A DNA stretch of 64,000 nucleotides from an uncultured Chthoniobacter sp. Lineage in GTDB: Bacteria; Verrucomicrobiota; Verrucomicrobiia; Chthoniobacterales; Chthoniobacteraceae. The position numbers were made by a program, and so were the translations under genes. Positions 1 to 8,607 of this stretch are shown here, in pieces. The stretch covers positions 2,754 to 66,753 of the forward strand of contig CAIQUL010000245.1 of the NCBI GenBank assembly GCA_903874975.1, in the 5' to 3' direction. The notes beneath the pieces are model-generated. The model saw only the letters and a list, made by a program, of their open reading frames with translations. It searched no databases and had not been told where the DNA came from. Positions within the stretch are counted from its first letter, which is position 1, and every line of letters begins with the position of its first letter.

Positions 1-277
1 CGCGGATGTAGAGAAAGCCGGGCGCGTCGGCGCGATAGAGCCCGGCGCAAAAGCTGTGCATCTCCACCACCGCGCCGCGCCAGGCGATGCGGTAGCGGCT
101 GCTGCCCTGCTGGCTGCTGCGGAAACTTTCAAAGCCGTAACGCCGGAGCAGATTCCCGCCATGCCGCGCGTCCTGCCCGAAGAACCACATCTGCTGCTCC
201 ATGCCGCGCAGAAAATAGCGGTAAATCTTCAGTGGCGGAACCGACGGTGCGCCGCGGGAATGGAGCGGCGCGATCAT
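1..277 (-). CDS. hypothetical protein, first 92 codons only (gene runs off the left edge)
   Basis: Own translation of the minus strand from the ATG at 275-277 gives [52 protein letters not shown]..., which stays open to position 1. The start overlaps the TGA of the upstream WD40 gene (ATGA at 274-277). It is absent from the ORF track because no stop lies in the window. No family recognised. Confidence 0.4.
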   Translation of the reverse strand, partial: MIAPLHSRGAPSVPPLKIYRYFLRGMEQQMWFFGQDARHGGNLLRRYGFESFRSSQQGSSRYRIAWRGAVVEMHSFCAGLYRADAPGFLYIR

Positions 278-1305
278 GCCTGGCCGCGCTCCCGCACGCG
301 CACGCGCCCATCCGCGCTGCCGATGGCCAGCGCCGTGTCGTCCGGCGACCACGCCAACGCCGCGATACTGGCGGGCGGCAGCAGTTCGTGCCGATGCCGC
401 CGGCCCTTTGCCAGGTCCCACACAAAGACGCGCCCGTCCGATCCGCCGCTGGCAAACAGCGCGCCGCGATGCTGAAACGCGAGCTGCGTGACCCGGCCTT
501 CGTGACCTTCGAGTTGCTTCGGCGTCGTCCCCGCCGGGCCGCGTCCGCTCACGTCCCAGACGGTGACGACTTCGCCGCCGCCGCTGGCGAGGTAGCGCGA
601 GGTGGCGTCCCACGCGAGTTCGCGGATTTTCGTGGCGTAGCCGGACATGAAAAGCTCCTCGCCGGCCCGGTAGGGCAGTTTCCAAAACTGGATCGTGGCC
701 TCCTGCGAACCGCCTGCGACGTAGCGGCCATTCGGGCTCCACGTGAGCGAGATGATGCTGCCTTTCCAGCGCAGCTCCTCGTAGCTGAACGGCTCCCAAA
801 CGCCGTCCTTCGCGCGAAAAAGCTGCGCGCCGTTGTAGCAGCCGGTGCCCACGCCCGCGCTGTCGGGACGCCACGCGAGCGCCGCGATGGTGGAATCGTG
901 CGTGGTGCTTTCAAAGACGAGTTCGCCCGTCGCCTCCCACACGCGCAGAGTTCGCCCGGCCGTCGTCGCGAGCAGCGCGCCATCCGGCGAAAACTGCGCG
1001 TGCTCGCACCAGTCCGCCGCGGTGTCGCTGGCGCGGAGTTCGTGGGCCATGTCGCCGGTGTCGGTGCGCCAGAGCCGCACGCGGCCATCCTGCCCGGCGC
1101 TGGCGAGCAGGCCGCCCGCGGCCGAGAGCGCGCAATTCGCCGGCGCGTGTCCCGCCAGCCTGCGCGTCACTTTTCCCGCGCCGCGGTCGAGCAGCACGAT
1201 GCCGCCCTCGGCGGGAGCGACAGCGAGCGTGCGCCCATCCGGGAGCCAGGCGAGCGCGGCGATGTGATCGCCGGCATCGAAGGACCAGCCCGTGTCCGCG
1301 CTCAT
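274..1305 (-). CDS. WD40-repeat beta-propeller protein
   Basis: ORF 274..1317. Repeated WD40-type units are present ([88 protein letters not shown]). Start set at the second Met (1303-1305), which forms an ATGA overlap with the stop of the upstream COG0523 gene. Confidence 0.8.
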   Translation of the reverse strand: MSADTGWSFDAGDHIAALAWLPDGRTLAVAPAEGGIVLLDRGAGKVTRRLAGHAPANCALSAAGGLLASAGQDGRVRLWRTDTGDMAHELRASDTAADWCEHAQFSPDGALLATTAGRTLRVWEATGELVFESTTHDSTIAALAWRPDSAGVGTGCYNGAQLFRAKDGVWEPFSYEELRWKGSIISLTWSPNGRYVAGGSQEATIQFWKLPYRAGEELFMSGYATKIRELAWDATSRYLASGGGEVVTVWDVSGRGPAGTTPKQLEGHEGRVTQLAFQHRGALFASGGSDGRVFVWDLAKGRRHRHELLPPASIAALAWSPDDTALAIGSADGRVRVRERGQA

Positions 1306-2636
1306 CCGGCGTGGCACGCGGCGAATCCCGCCGTGAGTTCCGCGCGGTCGAGATTCCGCCCGATGAAAACCAACTGGCTGCGCCGCGTCTCGCCGGGCTT
1401 CCAGGGCCGGTCCGGCTGCCCGTCCATCAGCATGTGGACGCCTTGGAAAACGTAGCGCTCCGGCGCGCCTGCGATGTCGAGGATTCCTTTCATGCGGAAA
1501 ATATCGACGCCCTTTTCCCGCAGCAGTTTGCCCAGCCAGGCGTTCGCCTTTTTCGCGTCGAGCGGACGGTTGCTGCTCAGACCCACGCTCGTCACGCTAT
1601 CGTCGTGCGAGTGGCTGTGCGCGTAGGCGTGCTGCTCGGACGGGGTGACTTCACCCGTGGCGGCGCGCAGTTTCATCGCGAATTCATCCGGGCCGTGCTG
1701 GGTGAAAATGGCGTAGTCGCCGGCGGTCGTGATCTCGATGGCAAACGTCGCGCCGTCCGCGCCGATGGCGAGCCGGGCCAGGGAGTCGGGTGCAAACGCG
1801 CCACCGCTCGCACACGCGACCGGATCGTCGGAGAACTGGAGGATGGCCGCCTTGCGGGCGGACTCGTAGCTGGTGTGCCCGCCCGAGCCGAGCGGCAGGA
1901 CGAGCACATCCATCTCGGGATCAGGCCCCGCCGCGAGCAGCAGCAGCGACTTTCCCGCCGGCAGGCGGAAGACGCCGCCCCACTCGAAGGGCACCTCCTC
2001 GACGAGGAAATCCGGCTCCTGTTCGAGCTTCGCCGCGAGGTCAAAGGCGCGGACGTTCAGCACGTGATCGAGGTCGATGAGGGAGTTCCGGGTCCGGTGG
2101 ATTTTGCACGAGGAATTCATCCCGCGGATGCGTGCCTCCAGGGCGTCGAGTTCCGCCGGGGTGGCGAGGTCGGTCTTGTTCAGCAGCAGCACATCGGCAA
2201 AGGCGATCTGCTCCTGGCACTCCGCGCTGTCGCCGAGATGCTGGCCCACGTGCTTCGCATCCACCAGGGTCACGATGGCATCGAGCCGGAAGCTCTCCTT
2301 CAGCTCGTCATCCACGAAGAACGTCTGTGCCACCGGCGCGGGATCGGCGAGGCCGGTGGTCTCGATCATGATCGCGTCGAACTTGTTCTTCCGCTTCAGC
2401 AGGTTGCCGAGGATGCGGATGAGATCGCCGCGCACCGTGCAGCAGATGCAGCCGTTGTTCATCTCAAAGATTTCCTCGTCCGCCTGCACGACGAGTTCGT
2501 TGTCGATCCCGATCTCGCCAAATTCGTTTTCGATCACGGCGATGCGTTTGCCGTGCTGGGCGGTGAGGATGTGGTTGAGGAGCGTGGTCTTCCCCGAGCC
2601 GAGGAAGCCGGTGAGGACGGTGACGGGAATCTTCAT
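1302..2636 (-). CDS. COG0523/CobW-family G3E GTPase (putative zinc metallochaperone) with an internal insertion and a His-rich tract
   Basis: Contains a P-loop ([15 protein letters not shown]), the CICCT(V)RGDL metal-binding motif, a CobW_C-like C-terminus ([12 protein letters not shown]...[12 protein letters not shown]) and the His-rich stretch [11 protein letters not shown]. Confidence 0.9.
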   Translation of the reverse strand: MKIPVTVLTGFLGSGKTTLLNHILTAQHGKRIAVIENEFGEIGIDNELVVQADEEIFEMNNGCICCTVRGDLIRILGNLLKRKNKFDAIMIETTGLADPAPVAQTFFVDDELKESFRLDAIVTLVDAKHVGQHLGDSAECQEQIAFADVLLLNKTDLATPAELDALEARIRGMNSSCKIHRTRNSLIDLDHVLNVRAFDLAAKLEQEPDFLVEEVPFEWGGVFRLPAGKSLLLLAAGPDPEMDVLVLPLGSGGHTSYESARKAAILQFSDDPVACASGGAFAPDSLARLAIGADGATFAIEITTAGDYAIFTQHGPDEFAMKLRAATGEVTPSEQHAYAHSHSHDDSVTSVGLSSNRPLDAKKANAWLGKLLREKGVDIFRMKGILDIAGAPERYVFQGVHMLMDGQPDRPWKPGETRRSQLVFIGRNLDRAELTAGFAACHAG

Positions 2637-2662
2637 TTAGGATTTAGGATTTAGGATTTAGG
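2635..2662. repeat. (ATTTAGG)x4 heptanucleotide tandem repeat, CCTAAAT on the coding strand, running into the ATG of the COG0523 gene
   Basis: Read directly: cttc-atttagg-atttagg-atttagg-atttagg-aag. The start codon complement 'cat' is at 2634-2636. Confidence 0.95.
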
Positions 2663-2677
2663 AAGTGTGAGGGATCG

Positions 2678-3931
2678 CTAGTGCGCGTGAAGGTGTTGCT
2701 CGCCGTGGTGGTCATGCACGCCTTCGGCGGCGAGTTCCTCGGTCGTCTTCCACTCGGCGAAGGGGTCTTTGAAACGATCCCAACCGGGCTGGCCCTTGCT
2801 CAGTTCGAGGTCGGTCACGAGCGCGGCGTCGAGCATCGCGGTGAGCGCGGGTTGGTCGAGGTTCTGGCCAATGATGACGATCTCCTGCCGCCGGTCGCCG
2901 AACGGTTTCTCCCACTGCGACCAGATGCCTTCGAGCGTTTCCTTGTCATCGGGCCAGCGCTCCTTCGGCACCGCGGCCCACCAGATGCCGCCCGCGTTGT
3001 ATTGGCACGCGCCGCCCGCGTGGCTCCACAAGCCGACGAAACGCGGTCGGGTGGCGAGCCAGAAGAAACCTTTCGAGCGCACCACGCCGGGCCATTCTGT
3101 TTGAATCGTCTTCCAAAAGCGCAACGGATGAAACGGTCGCCGCGCCCGATACACAAACGACGAGAAGCCGTATTCGTCGGCCTCGCTCGTCTCCTCACCG
3201 CGCAACACTTTCATCCAGCCGGGCGCTTGGCGGGCTTCCTCAAAATCGAAGCGCGCGGTGTTCAGCACTTCATCCAGCGGCACGGCGCTGCGCGTGGCGC
3301 GGACGATCCGGGCCCGCGGGTTCAGCCGCCGAATTGTGCCCTCGACAAACCCCAGCGCCTCCGCGTCCGCGAGGTCGCACTTGTTCAGCACGATCACGTC
3401 GGCGAACTCGATTTGATCCGTGAGCAAATCGACCACCGTCCGCTCATCCTCCGGGCCCAGACCGACGCCGCGCTCGCCCAGATAATCCGCGTCCGCAAAA
3501 TCGCGCGCGAAATTGAACGCATCCACGACCGTGACCATCGTATCGAGCCGCGTCAGCTCGCCGAGACTTGTCCCGTCCTCCTCTTGAAAGGCGAAGGTTT
3601 CCGCGACCGGCAGCGGCTCGCTGATGCCCGTGCTCTCGATGAGGAGGTAATCGAAGCGTCCCGCTTCCGCGAGCTGGCGCACCTCCTTCAGCAAGTCCTC
3701 GCGCAGCGTGCAGCAGATGCAGCCGTTGCTCATCTCCACGAGCTTTTCCTCGGTGCGCGAAAGCTCCGTGCCGCCGCCCGCGACGAGCGCGGCGTCGATG
3801 TTCACCTCGCTCATGTCATTGACGATCACGGCAACGCGCCTCCCTTCGCGGTTGTGCAGGATGTGGTTGAGGAGCGTGGTTTTTCCCGCGCCGAGAAAGC
3901 CGGAGAGGACGGTGACGGGGAGTTTGGTCAT
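2678..3931 (-). CDS. COG0523/CobW-family G3E GTPase (ZigA/YeiR-like putative zinc metallochaperone)
   Basis: Contains a P-loop ([15 protein letters not shown]), the [11 protein letters not shown] motif, a CobW_C-like domain ([14 protein letters not shown]) and a C-terminal His-rich tail ([13 protein letters not shown]). Confidence 0.9.
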   Translation of the reverse strand: MTKLPVTVLSGFLGAGKTTLLNHILHNREGRRVAVIVNDMSEVNIDAALVAGGGTELSRTEEKLVEMSNGCICCTLREDLLKEVRQLAEAGRFDYLLIESTGISEPLPVAETFAFQEEDGTSLGELTRLDTMVTVVDAFNFARDFADADYLGERGVGLGPEDERTVVDLLTDQIEFADVIVLNKCDLADAEALGFVEGTIRRLNPRARIVRATRSAVPLDEVLNTARFDFEEARQAPGWMKVLRGEETSEADEYGFSSFVYRARRPFHPLRFWKTIQTEWPGVVRSKGFFWLATRPRFVGLWSHAGGACQYNAGGIWWAAVPKERWPDDKETLEGIWSQWEKPFGDRRQEIVIIGQNLDQPALTAMLDAALVTDLELSKGQPGWDRFKDPFAEWKTTEELAAEGVHDHHGEQHLHAH

Positions 3932-3980
3932 GAGTTCTGTGCGCGGTGGGTTGCGGGAAAATGGAATGGCGCGGCGGTCG

Positions 3981-4868
3981 CTACTTCAGCGTGGCGACGA
4001 TGGCGGTGACGTTGTGGCGGAACATGCCGGCGTAGGTGCGGGCATCGCCTTCGCCGAGGCCGTCGGCGTAGAGCACGGGACCCACTTTCGCGCCGCTCTC
4101 GCGGGTGATTTCGCGGAGCACTTTCGGGTTCTCGATGCTCTAGGGACAGACGGCCTTCACGCCCTGGGCGCGGATGGCGGCGATGATGCGCGCGACTTTC
4201 GCCGAGGACGGCTGATCGGCGTGACTGAAGCCTTCGATGGCGTAGATGGTGAAGCCGTAGTCGCGCGCGAAATACTGGAAGGCGTCGTGCGAGGTGACGA
4301 GTTTGCGCGAGGAGCGCGGCAGTTCGGCGAGCTTGGCTTTCGTCCAGGCATGAAGGGTGTCGAGCGCAGTCAGGTAGCGCGCCGCATTGGCCGTGAAAGC
4401 CGCGCGGTCGCCGGGGCTCGCGGCGATGAAGGCGTCACGAACGATCTTCGTCGCCCGGCGCATGTTGGCGATGCTGTGCCACCAGTGCGGGTCTTCGCCG
4501 TCGTGCGAGTGGTCACCGTGCTCGACGGTGAGCTTGAGCGAAGGCATGGCGTCGCCCACTTCCACAAACGTCGCGCGTGAGCCAGTGGCCTCCTTGAGTT
4601 TGCCCACGTAGGCCTCCAGGTGCTTCGCGGAGAGCAGGACGATTTGCGCCGTGGCCACGGTTCGCAGGTCATCCGGCTTGGGCTGGAAATCGTGCGGGTC
4701 CACGCCGGGTTTCAGGTGCGCGTGGACGCTCACGCGCCCACCGCCAACCTCCGTGGCGATTTCCGTGAGGATGGTGGAGAAGCTGGAGACGCGCAGTGCA
4801 TCGGCGGCGCCGGCCCGGGCGCAAAAGGCGAGGGCGAGCATCAGGTGGAGCAGACATTTCATAAGCAT
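3981..4868 (-). pseudogene. ZnuA/TroA-family metal ABC transporter substrate-binding protein interrupted by an in-frame TAG at 4140-4142
   Basis: ORF 4140..4868 has a signal peptide, a His-rich loop (HGDHSHDGEDPHWWHS) and ends ...AQGVKAVCP*. The same frame continues [52 protein letters not shown] to the TAG at 3981-3983, which is the normal C-terminus of this family. Total length is 295 codons, typical for ZnuA. Confidence 0.75.
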
Positions 4869-4978
4869 AATTTTCCCGGACTCGCCGCGGCGGCACGGTG
4901 CGGATGCGCTCGGGGTCGCAGGGCGATGGCGGCGTTCACTTCGGCCGCCGCGAGGAGCGGCACGCCACTCGGTGGCCC

Positions 4979-5002
4979 GGAGCGTCTGCGCGCAGACGCT
5001 CC
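4979..5002. repeat. perfect 24-bp GC-rich palindrome GGAGCGTCTGCGCGCAGACGCTCC (terminator stem or operator candidate)
   Basis: Read directly; the sequence is self-complementary. It lies 64 bp downstream of the PEP-CTERM gene stop and 110 bp upstream of the ZnuA-like start. No U-tract follows. Confidence 0.9.
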
Positions 5003-5065
5003 GAGCGCTCCTTCAGCGAACGGGTCGCCCAGTCTTCACCGCGAGGTGGCCGGGCGGCGATTGCC

Positions 5066-5755
5066 CTACGCGCGGCGGCGGCGACCGATCAAGGCGAGCG
5101 CGCCGGTGGCGAGGAGCAGCGCGGAGCCGGGCTCGGGGACGACGTCGAAGGTGTACGTCGCGGTCTGGGTGACCGGGGTGACACCGACGAGGCCATCGAC
5201 TTTGAACTCGATGTCATACTGGCCGGGGGCGCTGAAGCTAAAGTTGAAGTGCGCGTGATCGCCGGTCGGGAGGGTGGTGCTGTCCGCGCCGGTGATGCCG
5301 TCGCCGCTGTTGAAAACGACGGTCGGGACGTTGAAGCCGTCCACATCGTAGAGCCTGAACTTCCCGCCGTTCACGTTCGAGACGGACACGAGGGAAAAGG
5401 TGTATTGATTGCCGGTCAGCGTGCCGGGGGCGATTTCCTCACTGCCAATGCCGAGGAAAAGGAGGTTGGGATCCTGCACTTTTGGCAGGATCCAGACGTA
5501 GTCCACGCCCGGGGTTCCGAGGAAGCTGTAGGCCGGGTTGTTCGGGACGAGCTGGTAGGCCGCGGTGCCGACCCCGAGGATGGCCGCGTCGGGCGCGTAT
5601 TCGATGTCGTTGGTTTCGTCGTGGATGTGCAGGTCGAAGGCTCCGAGGTCAAAGGCGACGCCGATATCGACATGTTCATTGGTGAGGGTGGGCAGCGCGT
5701 AAAGCGGTGCGGTGGCCGAGATGGCAGCGAGGGTGAGGATGAGTTTGGATTTCAT
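5066..5755 (-). CDS. PEP-CTERM-anchored secreted protein with an EHVD / HxH (TIGR03769-like, 'choice-of-anchor' type) domain
   Basis: Internal start MKSKLILTLAAISATAPLYA (signal peptide). Contains NEHVDIGVAFD near the N-terminus, the TGDHAHFNFSFSAPGQYDIEF motif and a C-terminal VPEPGSALLLATGALALIGRRRRA PEP-CTERM sorting signal. Confidence 0.8.
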   Translation of the reverse strand: MKSKLILTLAAISATAPLYALPTLTNEHVDIGVAFDLGAFDLHIHDETNDIEYAPDAAILGVGTAAYQLVPNNPAYSFLGTPGVDYVWILPKVQDPNLLFLGIGSEEIAPGTLTGNQYTFSLVSVSNVNGGKFRLYDVDGFNVPTVVFNSGDGITGADSTTLPTGDHAHFNFSFSAPGQYDIEFKVDGLVGVTPVTQTATYTFDVVPEPGSALLLATGALALIGRRRRA

Positions 5756-5787
5756 GTTGTCGTTGTTGGTTCGTTTTTGGTTTTTGG

Positions 5788-7188
5788 TTATGCTCCGGGA
5801 GAAAGACGGGGACGGCGGCGGCGGGCGGCGAGGCCGAGCGTGCCGAGCGCGAGCAGGGCGCACGCGCCGGGCTCGGGGACGGCGGCTCCGGCGAATGACG
5901 GAGCGCCGCTGGTGAAGATGACGGTGCCACCCGCGCCGATGGTCAGCGCGGCCAGCGTCTGGCTGGCGCTGATTTTTGCCGTGGCTCCCGACGCCACGAG
6001 CAGGGAGGAGGTGCCGCTGCCGAGCGCGGTGTGCAGGTGGGTGGTGCCCTCATTCGCGTAGAGCGTGGCGTAGTTCTGCGCGCCGCGGAGATGCACTTCG
6101 CCGACGCCCGTTTTCGTGACGGAGGACGCGGTGGTGTGGTTGGCGATGGCGGCGTTGATGGTGAGCGCGGCGGTCGCGTCGTCATTGTCCAGCACGAGGT
6201 TTCCGCCAGCCGTGGCGGCGGTGAGCGTGCCGTCGCCAGGTGCCGCGCCGATGGTCAGCGCGGCTTTTCCGGCGACGATCTCGATGCTGCCGGCGCGCAG
6301 GGTTTTCGCCGCCGTATTCACGGTGGCGGTGGTGGCGGTGTTTTGCTGGAGCGAGCTGATGCTGGTGACGCCGGCGGCCAGTTCGATGTTCCCGGTGGTG
6401 CCGGTTTTATTGATGCGGAAGTCCACCGGCGGGCGGTCGCCAATGATGCTCAGTGGGCCGCGTGCGGCGATGTCGGTGGGGATGCGCGGCGGCTGATACT
6501 CGACGCCGAAGTGAAAGGTCTGCGTGGGGCCTTCGATGTAGGTGCCCGAAGGGGCGAGGAAGCCGGAGTAGCGGAAGTCGATCTGGTAGTAGCCGCTCTT
6601 GCTGAAGCCCCAGTTGTAATGGGCGTGCCCGCCTTCGATGAGCCAGGTGGCATCCGTGCTGGTGATGCCGCCGTCAAAGGTGGACATCCAAACGTCCACC
6701 CCGCCGACCCCGTCGGTTTGCCAGAGCGAAAAGTGGGCGGAACCGCTGACCCCCAGCGTCGGTTCGTAGCGCACATCCAGCAGCGTGATCTTATTCCACG
6801 CCGCCGTCAGGTTCACCCGCGGGTCGGTTTCCAAATAGCTCTGGAAAGTCCCCGGCGGTATCGCCCCGCCATCCGAGCCGAAGCCCAGATACATGCGGCC
6901 CGCAACGCTGCTCTGCGGCCAAAAAAAGATGGGCTGCCCGGCTCCGACACCGAGGAAATTCCAGATCGGGTCTAGCGGGCGCGCGATCGACGTGGTGCCC
7001 ACCGGGCCGTCGTAGAGCAATCCTTCGTCGCGCGGGACGCTCCCGCTGTCGGCGCGGATGGGGCCGCCGAGCACGCCGCCGGAGTAGCGCACTTCGAGAT
7101 CGACGTGTTCGTCGGTGACGACGGTGTAGGCGTGCCCCCCGAGCGGCGCGGCGAGCGCGAGGACGCAAATGAGCAGGCGGGACTTCAT
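5788..7188 (-). CDS. PEP-CTERM-anchored secreted protein: EHVD / HxH domain plus beta-strand repeat region
   Basis: Has a signal peptide (MKSRLLICVLALAAPLGGHA), DEHVDLEVRY, EGGHAHYNWGFSKSGYYQIDF, a Thr/Ala/Gly-rich repeat region resembling autotransporter-associated beta-strand repeats, and a C-terminal VPEPGACALLALGTLGLAARRRR. The start forms an ATGA overlap with the upstream gene (7185-7188). Confidence 0.8.
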   Translation of the reverse strand: MKSRLLICVLALAAPLGGHAYTVVTDEHVDLEVRYSGGVLGGPIRADSGSVPRDEGLLYDGPVGTTSIARPLDPIWNFLGVGAGQPIFFWPQSSVAGRMYLGFGSDGGAIPPGTFQSYLETDPRVNLTAAWNKITLLDVRYEPTLGVSGSAHFSLWQTDGVGGVDVWMSTFDGGITSTDATWLIEGGHAHYNWGFSKSGYYQIDFRYSGFLAPSGTYIEGPTQTFHFGVEYQPPRIPTDIAARGPLSIIGDRPPVDFRINKTGTTGNIELAAGVTSISSLQQNTATTATVNTAAKTLRAGSIEIVAGKAALTIGAAPGDGTLTAATAGGNLVLDNDDATAALTINAAIANHTTASSVTKTGVGEVHLRGAQNYATLYANEGTTHLHTALGSGTSSLLVASGATAKISASQTLAALTIGAGGTVIFTSGAPSFAGAAVPEPGACALLALGTLGLAARRRRPRLSPGA

Positions 7189-7904
7189 CGAGCGGCGAGG
7201 TCGCCGGGTTCCATCGGCGGTTTGGAAAAGGTGACGCCGCGATCAATCTGCCGCTTCACTTCGGCGGCGGCGATGGCCTGCACGTGGCCGTCGGCAAAAA
7301 GGTAGTTCGCCGCGCCTTCGGTGTGGTCGGCCTTGGGCGACCCCGCGCGATGGCGGTCGGGCTGGATGTCCGCGCAGACGCGGGTCCAGTTGCCCGCCCA
7401 GCGTTCGCCGTGGGTGTGATCGTTCACCACGGAAGCGCCCTGCTGGTCGGAGACATTGAAAGCCAGCATCGTGTGTGCCGGGAAGGGCAACCGCCGGACA
7501 TTGGCGAGGCTCGCACCCACCTCGCCGAACGGCCCGATCTCCGGGATGAAAATGTAGCTGTTCAGGACGTAGCTCGTCCCATTCGCTTTCAACCGGGCCT
7601 CGCCATGCGGGTCGGCGGGGCTGATGCGGATCTTGTCGCAGTTCTCCACATACGGCTTCAGCGCAAAGATCCACGCCCGGTCGAATTTCACGCCCGTGGT
7701 GTGCGAGGTCTGGGGAAAGTCGCCGTCGTGCTCATTCGCGTAGAGCAGCAGCGCCGCGCCGATCTGCCGCATGTTGGCTGCGCACGCCGTTTCATTGCCC
7801 CGCGCCCGCACCCGCCCGACGACCGGGAAAAGGAGCCCGGCGAGGATGGCGATGATCGCGATGACGACGAGCAGTTCGATCAGGGTGAAAGCGCGGAGAT
7901 TCAT
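7185..7904 (-). CDS. prepilin-type N-terminal cleavage/methylation domain protein (DUF1559 / H-X9-DG type)
   Basis: Internal start MNLRAFTLIELLVVIAIIAILAGLLFP, the classic type IV pilin-like leader. Contains the C-terminal H-X9-DG motif (HTEGAANYLFADGHV) typical of Planctomycetes/Verrucomicrobia paralog families. Confidence 0.85.
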   Translation of the reverse strand: MNLRAFTLIELLVVIAIIAILAGLLFPVVGRVRARGNETACAANMRQIGAALLLYANEHDGDFPQTSHTTGVKFDRAWIFALKPYVENCDKIRISPADPHGEARLKANGTSYVLNSYIFIPEIGPFGEVGASLANVRRLPFPAHTMLAFNVSDQQGASVVNDHTHGERWAGNWTRVCADIQPDRHRAGSPKADHTEGAANYLFADGHVQAIAAAEVKRQIDRGVTFSKPPMEPGDLAAR

Positions 7905-8119
7905 GTTTGGCGAGGCGCGGACGAAAGCCGCGACCCGCCATCCTGTCAACACCTAAATGCCATTCGCTTGCGTTAAAGGTGATTGAAGCGACCAACCGTG
8001 ACCCGACCCCGCCGTCGTGCTGCGTCTTGCAGGCACGCGGTTTGACCGCCCGAAAACTGCGCCGCTCCATCACGCGTCCGCCTTTGCGCCCCGCCCGCCG
8101 GATCACCCCCGCACCGCCG

Positions 8120-8575
8120 CTACTCCGCGCACTTTGGGCACACGCCGAAAACCTCCAGCGTGTGCGTGACTTTCTGGTAACCCTTTTGCCGCGCCATGCG
8201 TTCGAGGCTGTCGGCCACACACACGTCCAGCGTCTCCACGCTCCGGCACACGCGGCAGATGACGTGGTGATGGTGGTGCTCGCCGTGGTTGAACTCGTAG
8301 CGATACACGCCGTCGCCAAAGTCGCACCGCCGTAGCACGCCGACTTCCTCCATCGCCTGCAGCGAGCGGTAGATGGTCACGACATCGCACCCGGCTTTGC
8401 CCATCCGCTTGTGCAATTCATCGGCACTAAACGGCCCGTGCTCGCGCGCCAGAATGGTGAGCATCGCCTTGCGCGGCTCCGTGACCCGCAGCCCCTCGGC
8501 GCGCAAAATTTCCAACGCGCCATCGATGGGGTGGTCAGGGCAATCGTGGCCGCAGTGGGAGTGGTCGTCGGGCAT
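8120..8575 (-). CDS. Fur-family metalloregulator (Zur-like by context)
   Basis: C-terminal 151 codons of ORF 8120..9196, starting at MPDDHSHCGHDCPDHP. Contains a winged-helix region (RVTEPRKAMLTILAREHGPFSADELHKRM...VTIYRSLQAMEEVGVL), HGEHHHHHVICRVC and C-terminal CPKC metal sites. Lies directly upstream of the zinc gene island. Confidence 0.8.
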   Translation of the reverse strand: MPDDHSHCGHDCPDHPIDGALEILRAEGLRVTEPRKAMLTILAREHGPFSADELHKRMGKAGCDVVTIYRSLQAMEEVGVLRRCDFGDGVYRYEFNHGEHHHHHVICRVCRSVETLDVCVADSLERMARQKGYQKVTHTLEVFGVCPKCAE

Positions 8576-8607
8576 TTTGAGGCGGGAAAGATCGAGCTGG
8601 CACCGGG

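Noticed and set aside
2635-2662. Whether the heptamer arrays (2635-2662, 41693-41725) or any other repeats represent a CRISPR array.
   Set aside because: The units are 7 nt and directly abutting with no spacers. No 25-40-nt repeats with unique spacers, and no cas genes, are present anywhere in the window.
4140-4142. Idea that the two in-frame TAG codons (4140-4142 and 19251-19253) reflect pyrrolysine or another amber recoding system.
   Set aside because: No pyl genes or suppressor tRNA are visible. TAG is also used as an ordinary stop in this window (for example at 3981-3983 and 19101-19103). One of the two genes is independently destroyed by a large deletion. Pseudogenisation or a base-call error is the simpler explanation.
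7944-7990. Possible promoter and Zur box upstream of the prepilin-like gene. A TTGACA lies on the coding strand (7944-7949) next to an imperfect palindrome CACCTTTAA-N14-ATTTAGGTG, whose right arm contains the ATTTAGG heptamer.
   Set aside because: Only the outer 5 bp of the arms are truly complementary, and no convincing -10 follows at 17 bp. A single 7-mer match to the microsatellite unit is within chance expectation for 128 kb of two-strand sequence. I cannot define a Zur box from one sequence.
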